A stretch of 64,000 nt of DNA from a virus, in the IMG/VR virus record IMGVR_UViG_3300042566_000678, positions 32,001 through 96,000 of that record; one strand, 5' to 3'. Numbering within the stretch: the first letter of the stretch is position 1; each line of letters begins with the position of its first letter. A program made the translations under genes and the position numbers. This document shows positions 58,557 through 64,000 of the stretch, piece after piece. A model generated the notes under the pieces. It saw nothing but the letters and a program-made list of their open reading frames with translations. It had not been told where the DNA came from and ran no database searches.

Positions 58557-58765
58557 TATTCAAATACCTCTACGATTTTTGATTGTGCTGCTCCTTTGAT
58601 GTTATACTCTAACTGAATGTTAGATGCTTCAAATTCCTTAACAACTCTTGCTTCTGCTTCGGTCACCGATTGAGCATCCACTAAATATTGTTCTGTTACT
58701 TTTTTAGTTCCACCCTTACCATTGTCTGTGTGTAACTCTACTGCTACTTGAAAGTACTTCGCCAT
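58556..58765 (-). CDS. DUF4494-like protein
   Basis: KKVTEQYLVDA.S.TEAEAR, a Bacteroidota-associated family. Confidence 0.75.
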   Translation of the reverse strand: MAKYFQVAVELHTDNGKGGTKKVTEQYLVDAQSVTEAEARVVKEFEASNIQLEYNIKGAAQSKIVEVFE

Positions 58766-58853
58766 AGTTTTTTTGTTTATTTATTAGTTTTAATTTTTAA
58801 GTGATACAAATATACGAATAATATTTTATATCTCCAAATGTTTTAAGGTTTTT

Positions 58854-59357
58854 TTAAGTAGTTGGTAATTCTGTTAGTTTAAAGGCAATAGTAACACGCA
58901 AATTGTTATATCCTTTTCTTGGTGCCATTCCTTTGTGTTTATATTTATGTTCAAATAATACTGCCGAATTTGGTATTGGTGTTACGGCAATGGGTTCACC
59001 ATCTACCATAAAATAAGTTTCACCAACTAAAGATATATCATCGGTATCATTAAAGTAATATAAAAATGTGTAACCTATATCATTATTGAAAGAATCAACG
59101 TGCCAACTCCCATCTTGTCCTAATGTTTGACCATTGGCATATAACCTATCAATTTTAAACTTTTTATTACTTAACTTTTCGATTTCAGATAACCATTCCA
59201 CAAAGAACGGGTGTTCCATCAACTCCGAATACCAAAATCTATTAGCTGTTACATCTTTTGTACTATAACCAGAATAAACCCATTGTAAATTTTCAACAAT
59301 TTTTACAAGTTGATTATACTTTTCTTGTGTTAAGAAATCAAAATATCTCTGTATCAT
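58854..59357 (-). CDS. 2OG-Fe(II) oxygenase
   Basis: NGQT.GQDG.WH.D, GET.F, H.G and R.T.AFK motifs. Confidence 0.8.
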   Translation of the reverse strand: MIQRYFDFLTQEKYNQLVKIVENLQWVYSGYSTKDVTANRFWYSELMEHPFFVEWLSEIEKLSNKKFKIDRLYANGQTLGQDGSWHVDSFNNDIGYTFLYYFNDTDDISLVGETYFMVDGEPIAVTPIPNSAVLFEHKYKHKGMAPRKGYNNLRVTIAFKLTELPTT

Positions 59358-59359
59358 AA

Positions 59360-60067
59360 TTATTCAATTGTAGTTTCATCCTCTGTTGCTTCATCTTCAT
59401 CGCCATCATCTACCACACCTTGTGTGATAATAGTTCCTCTCTTTGGTATCCTCCGTTTACCTACCAACAGAAAGAAGCAGTTATAGCAAAGGAATCGTAG
59501 ATTCTCCAACTTATGGTTTTGCCAATCATTATCTAAAAAATCTAATAATAGTGGAACTTTTCCATCGGTTGCTCTTTTCTCATCAAAACCACAACACGTA
59601 CATTCTTCTGCAAAGTAACCAGATGTAATCAATCTACGCTTTAATCTTGCAATTGGATAATCTGGTTTACCTTCACCTCTTAATATTTTATCTAATGCAT
59701 TCTCACCACTATGAACTTGGTTAGCACGGATAATACCAATACCAGCTGGATTTAATAAGTTTTCAAATATACCATAGGTTTTAGCCCATTTTTTATAGGT
59801 ATTATAAGATACACCCAATGTCCTAGCTGCCTCAAATGCGGATTTGGATTTAGATTGTGCATCTCTAATATCGTTTTCCAATATAGGACGAAACCCTGCT
59901 CCACGTGGATATGCTCCCGTAGACCATTTTTTCTTCACCATCGTATCTTTTATTTTTTCGATACGCTCTTCAGGTGTAAGTTTCTCCTCTTTGGGTTGGT
60001 CTACATCTTCCCACTTATCCTCACTATCTTCACCCCAATTAGCAAAAAACCTTTCTTCTTTCGGCAT
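59360..60067 (-). CDS. HTH plus degenerate HNH-like zinc domain protein
   Basis: AARTLGVSYNTYKKW, then C..CG...LDFLD....N....NLR.LC.NC. Confidence 0.65.
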   Translation of the reverse strand: MPKEERFFANWGEDSEDKWEDVDQPKEEKLTPEERIEKIKDTMVKKKWSTGAYPRGAGFRPILENDIRDAQSKSKSAFEAARTLGVSYNTYKKWAKTYGIFENLLNPAGIGIIRANQVHSGENALDKILRGEGKPDYPIARLKRRLITSGYFAEECTCCGFDEKRATDGKVPLLLDFLDNDWQNHKLENLRFLCYNCFFLLVGKRRIPKRGTIITQGVVDDGDEDEATEDETTIE

Positions 60068-60068
60068 A

Positions 60069-60314
60069 TTAATCTATATTGTATTCTCGTATAAGATGAA
60101 TTGGTGTGATGTATTTACCTGCATCATCTGTTAAATGATGGTTTAATACATTAAATTCCAAATGTTCCCAAGCATCACTATAAGTCATACCATCTCTAGT
60201 CATTAGAGTAGTAATCATTATATCCGTATCATATATGTATCTACCGGTATCGTAGCAGTTTCCTATAATAGCCCCATCAAATCCATCCCATTTTATTTTC
60301 TCTTCTTCTTCCAT
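60069..60314 (-). CDS. Hypothetical phage protein
   Basis: DGFD.AIIG...YD...RDGM...DA.E..EFN. Confidence 0.55.
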   Translation of the reverse strand: MEEEEKIKWDGFDGAIIGNCYDTGRYIYDTDIMITTLMTRDGMTYSDAWEHLEFNVLNHHLTDDAGKYITPIHLIREYNID

Positions 60315-60315
60315 A

Positions 60316-60924
60316 TTATTCCTCTATATGTTTATACCAACCGGTTATAATATATTTAGTTTCAGTTTCACTAACTTGACCTTTATGAAAATGTGTCCAA
60401 AATGCAGGCCATATTAAAAATTTACCAGCTTCTGCTTTTTCTGTGTGGTTTTGTGATTTAAACTGCGTTCCACCTGCCTCTACATCATTTAGATATATCA
60501 TCCACGCCAAAACTCTATTAGAACTATTGGGATAGCCGGGGTTCTCACAATGCCAATTATAAAAACCTTCACCTGGTAAGTATCGTTGTATGTTATATCC
60601 TTCCAAATCAAACTTTTGTATGCTATCTAATGCTGGATGTTCCAACATATAAGAATCTAATCCCTTTTCCAATTTAGAATTTATATATTGTACATAATCA
60701 AACCATTCTGGTTCACCACGTTGTATAGCATCTTCGATAAAGCCAGGATACATAGAAATATCGGTTGATTTTTTAGTAGTATTTTCATCTTTAGTTTCAA
60801 TTACCCCACCATTTATCACATACGATGTACCTTTATGTTTGAAATTTGATTTTTCAAATAACTCTATAAGGTCTTTGCAAAACTCTTGTGATAATAAATT
60901 TGGTACTCTATGTATAAAATCCAT
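60316..60924 (-). CDS. 2OG-Fe(II) oxygenase (prolyl-4-hydroxylase-like)
   Basis: WHCE, R.L.WM.YLNDV..GGT.F, H.H.G and KYI.TGW motifs. Confidence 0.85.
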   Translation of the reverse strand: MDFIHRVPNLLSQEFCKDLIELFEKSNFKHKGTSYVINGGVIETKDENTTKKSTDISMYPGFIEDAIQRGEPEWFDYVQYINSKLEKGLDSYMLEHPALDSIQKFDLEGYNIQRYLPGEGFYNWHCENPGYPNSSNRVLAWMIYLNDVEAGGTQFKSQNHTEKAEAGKFLIWPAFWTHFHKGQVSETETKYIITGWYKHIEE

Positions 60925-60926
60925 TA

Positions 60927-61187
60927 TTACTCCTTTATAAATTTATCAACTGCTTTTTGATTTCTATCTAAAATCCGTTTAACATTATCCCAAGCATCAT
61001 CATTCTCTTTTAATAACTTTGGATTCACACATTCAATACGAGTTGGTTCATCTCTAACTGGAACGATATAAGAAATAATATCAGCATCCTTTGCTAATGA
61101 TTCTTTTATTAGTTCCATCATTTCTCCCAAATTACTATTAGGTACACCATCTATATTAATGTAGTGAACCAAAATTATCTTATCCAT
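60927..61187 (-). CDS. Hypothetical protein
   Basis: 86 aa, coupled ORF. Confidence 0.5.
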   Translation of the reverse strand: MDKIILVHYINIDGVPNSNLGEMMELIKESLAKDADIISYIVPVRDEPTRIECVNPKLLKENDDAWDNVKRILDRNQKAVDKFIKE

Positions 61188-61768
61188 TATACTAAATTAA
61201 AGTTTATAACACACCGCATACCATTTGTTGGTTGTTCCGCAGTGTGATAGTATTTACCATTAAATATAACTGCTCTACCTTTTTTTGGTGTTATACGATG
61301 TAAAACCTCATAATCGGTATGTTTTAAATCTTTAGCAACATCTTCACCTGCTTCAAATTTTTTATTTACAATTACAGTATCACCATCACTATCCAATACA
61401 TAATATAATACAACCAAATGTTCGGATGTAGAATCTATATGCAATTTATCAACAAATTCTTTTCTCCAATCTGTATTTAATGGGAATTGTAAAAAAGAAC
61501 GGACCTGTAATACATCTTGATAATCAAATCCATATAATTCTGCACCTTTATCACCAACATCTTCAATTAGATTATAAAATTGACTATTTGTTTTATAATC
61601 CAATCTATAATAATGATTCATAACAGGTGTGTTAGTTGATGATATAGTTGGATATGTTGCATCATTCAAATAAAACCAAGGAAACCCACCATTTAATAAA
61701 GTTTCTTTTATTTCATCTTGCTTTTCCAATGATACAATATCATCTACAATCAAAAACTTATCACTCAT
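61187..61768 (-). CDS. 2OG-Fe(II) oxygenase
   Basis: HID, YYV.DSDGDT, PK.GR...F.G...H and R..INFN motifs. Confidence 0.8.
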   Translation of the reverse strand: MSDKFLIVDDIVSLEKQDEIKETLLNGGFPWFYLNDATYPTISSTNTPVMNHYYRLDYKTNSQFYNLIEDVGDKGAELYGFDYQDVLQVRSFLQFPLNTDWRKEFVDKLHIDSTSEHLVVLYYVLDSDGDTVIVNKKFEAGEDVAKDLKHTDYEVLHRITPKKGRAVIFNGKYYHTAEQPTNGMRCVINFNLV

Positions 61769-62334
61769 TATAGTATTTCATCAATTACACCCAAATCCAA
61801 CGCTTCGTCTGCTGGGATGTACCAATCAATCTTTTCTTTATATACTTCCTTCAATCTTGTCTTCTTAATGCCAGTTCTACGGACTGTGAAATCTTCAATC
61901 CATTTCTGTAATCGTTTCATCTCAATCACATCATCATCAATATCCTTCAATGTACCAGCCGATACGGATGAAACTTGGTGATACAATAGAGTTGATGTTG
62001 GGTATGCAAATCGTTTATGACCTCCCAATGTAATTAAGAATCCACAACTCATAGCAACACCTGTAACAATCGTATGTATCGGTGTCGTTGAACGTTCCAT
62101 CACACCTAACAAACCCATACATTGATACACTTGTCCACCATAACTATCTATATATATCTTAATTGGTTGAGGTTCGTATGTTAAACCATGTATAGAATAC
62201 AATTTTTTTAAGTATTCATCATCCTCAACTATATCTACAATTGACTTTGTTAATTCCAATATCGTAGATTGCTCTACCTGTTTGGCAAAGTGTAGTGTTC
62301 TATTTTTAGGTAGTAATAATCCTCCTGCGCTCAT
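61768..62334 (-). CDS. clpP: ClpP-like protease subunit
   Basis: IYIDS.GG, G.AMS (Ser), LYHQ (His) and DWY...EA...G.IDEI motifs. Confidence 0.85.
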   Translation of the reverse strand: MSAGGLLLPKNRTLHFAKQVEQSTILELTKSIVDIVEDDEYLKKLYSIHGLTYEPQPIKIYIDSYGGQVYQCMGLLGVMERSTTPIHTIVTGVAMSCGFLITLGGHKRFAYPTSTLLYHQVSSVSAGTLKDIDDDVIEMKRLQKWIEDFTVRRTGIKKTRLKEVYKEKIDWYIPADEALDLGVIDEIL

Positions 62335-62337
62335 ATA

Positions 62338-63548
62338 TTAATCGTCTAAACTTTCTAAATGGTTAAATTCTGCAATGGCTTCACCTAATTCATCATCACT
62401 CCACTCACTCAAAGAATCTTTTAAATCAGTATTTTCAGTTTCGTAAATAGATTCTGCCATTTCTTTAATACCATAATTCCAAGTAGATTCATCGTACCCC
62501 AAACCTACCGTAATTCCTTTAAAAATATCCAATAACTCGTGTATATCTGTATCTGAATTAGCTAGTTCAATACTAACCTTTCTACCCCATTGTTCTCCTG
62601 TAATCTTTGTAGGTTGTGCACCTTTACTTATATATGTCATATCTATTTTTTGTTTATTACATAGTTGCACACTTCAATACCAAAAAGCACAAAGCGAAAC
62701 CAACTATGAAAAGTATTAGGGGTGTTTTAATTTCCTTCATATCTATTTTGATTCAAAATCTAATTCTAATTGATTACTTCCCGTCGTTGGTTGTTGTGGT
62801 AATGTAGTTGTATAACTCCATGCAGAACCACTTGGATTCCACATCGTTGTTGTAGATGGATTATATGTAATAGAACCATATCCAGGCGTAGCTATAATAG
62901 TTCCACTACTACCGGTTGTTACTGTTAGCGTTGTGTCAGTTCCACAAGTTACCTTATATGGATTGTATGGGTCATATGGTTGGATAAATGGTAATGTTTG
63001 TATTGGTGCAGTATTTGGAACTCCAAATGGAAAAGATGGTGTTGATTCATCCTTAACCTCACCTAACTTATCTTTTAGGGTATCCCACTGCTTTGGTGTG
63101 GGTGAATAATCATTGCAGGCTTCTACAAAACCTTGCATCCAAACTACAAATTCTTTTGATGTCATAATCTTATTTATCTAAATATTCTTTTACTTTACTC
63201 CAATACATATAACCCCTATCAGCTCCCATATCACTCAATACCTCATCACATACCTTTTTGGCAAATAGAATCGCAGTAGGACGATATAACCTACTATAAT
63301 CACTCATCTTCGGTGGTTCTGTGTTCATAAAGAACTCAATCAATTGTTCCCCTTTTTCTTCTGGTGTTATCATCTTATTTATCTTCTACCCAAATGTGCA
63401 TATCACTTTGAATTGGATTGCCGGTATAGTCGGGGTTCAAAACGGATTTCCATTTCTGCCCGCATCTTCTACATTTCATTTTAGATGGCATCCACCCAAA
63501 GTTCGTTTCGTAACGATGTCCTAAAATCTTACATAACAATTTTTTCAT
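62338..63548 (-). other. Four small hypothetical ORFs, including a DUF1660-like gene at 63375-63548
   Basis: MKKLLCKILGH...C.RCG. 62743-63165 has a T/P-rich tail. Confidence 0.5.
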
Positions 63549-63549
63549 T

Positions 63550-63999
63550 TCAAAGATTATCAAATATGAATTTAGCAAACTTTCTATGTCCACTTGAAAT
63601 TAAATGTATCCCATCGGACGAGTCACCACGAAAAATACTATCTTCCATAGGAATTACAACACATTCTTTTAAATCCGTTTGTATTCTCTTTTGTAATGAA
63701 ATGTATCTATTACGGCATTTAGTTTCAACTTCAGCTGAATAGATTGTGGTTTGTATCACTCTTTGTGGATTATACCCAACAATTACAATTGGTACTGCTC
63801 CCATCTTTTTTGCGATGTAAACCATACTTTGAATGTTTTTGATGGTTTCATCCTCTTTAACACTACTAAATGAGTCGTTGATACCACCATAAATTATTAC
63901 AGTATCGTATTCATACGAACCCAATGGATATTTTTCCATTTGATTTAACATCCATTTAGTTCGTTTACCAGCCTTTGAGATGTTATCATATTTAGCGTG
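63550..63999 (-). CDS. SGNH/GDSL hydrolase, 5' end outside the window
   Basis: GG.ND and DGIH...GH motifs. The frame is open to the window edge. Confidence 0.8.
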   Translation of the reverse strand, partial: HAKYDNISKAGKRTKWMLNQMEKYPLGSYEYDTVIIYGGINDSFSSVKEDETIKNIQSMVYIAKKMGAVPIVIVGYNPQRVIQTTIYSAEVETKCRNRYISLQKRIQTDLKECVVIPMEDSIFRGDSSDGIHLISSGHRKFAKFIFDNL

Positions 64000-64000
64000 T

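Noticed and set aside
869-63742. Plus-strand ORFs in the supplied track (for example 4111-4626, 42036-42515, 56355-56717)
   Set aside because: Almost all are antisense shadows of well-supported minus-strand genes and have no motifs. The few over gaps (22627, 24560) overlap terminators or the RNA elements.
1-64000. Stop-codon reassignment
   Set aside because: Known genes are full length under the standard bacterial code, and TAA, TAG and TGA all act as stops.

Overview
AT-rich segment of a large myovirus-type (T4-like or jumbo) phage genome. Nearly every gene is on the minus strand, tightly packed with TAATG/ATGA overlaps and no Shine-Dalgarno motifs. About 22 promoters of the form (T/C)TTG-N20-TAnnTTT(G/A), a DUF4494 gene and a D-S/T-rich lipoprotein point to a Bacteroidota host (inferred). 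Layout: 1-12.6 kb holds virion and baseplate genes (gp6-like, gp25-like, CHAP lysin, spike-like) plus a gp55-like sigma factor. 12.9-22.7 kb holds auxiliary genes (def, a glycan-modification cluster, uvsE, Hsp20, HD hydrolase). 22.7-46 kb is an accessory/early region with two candidate ncRNAs (one tRNA-like), a split RNA-repair module, alphaCTD-like and Rho-N-like small proteins, a GC-rich palindromic island, and about 16 highly diverged paralogs sharing an N-terminal MLTIxN motif and a conserved ATGCTAAC DNA start. 46-64 kb holds dUTPase, a GH73 hydrolase, a MoxR AAA/VWA pair, 2OG-Fe(II) oxygenases, ClpP and an SGNH hydrolase. The best candidate for an undescribed system is the MLTIxN paralog array, including a 10-codon stub that flanks an inserted nuclease gene. 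All family assignments come from motifs recognised by eye; no searches were run.
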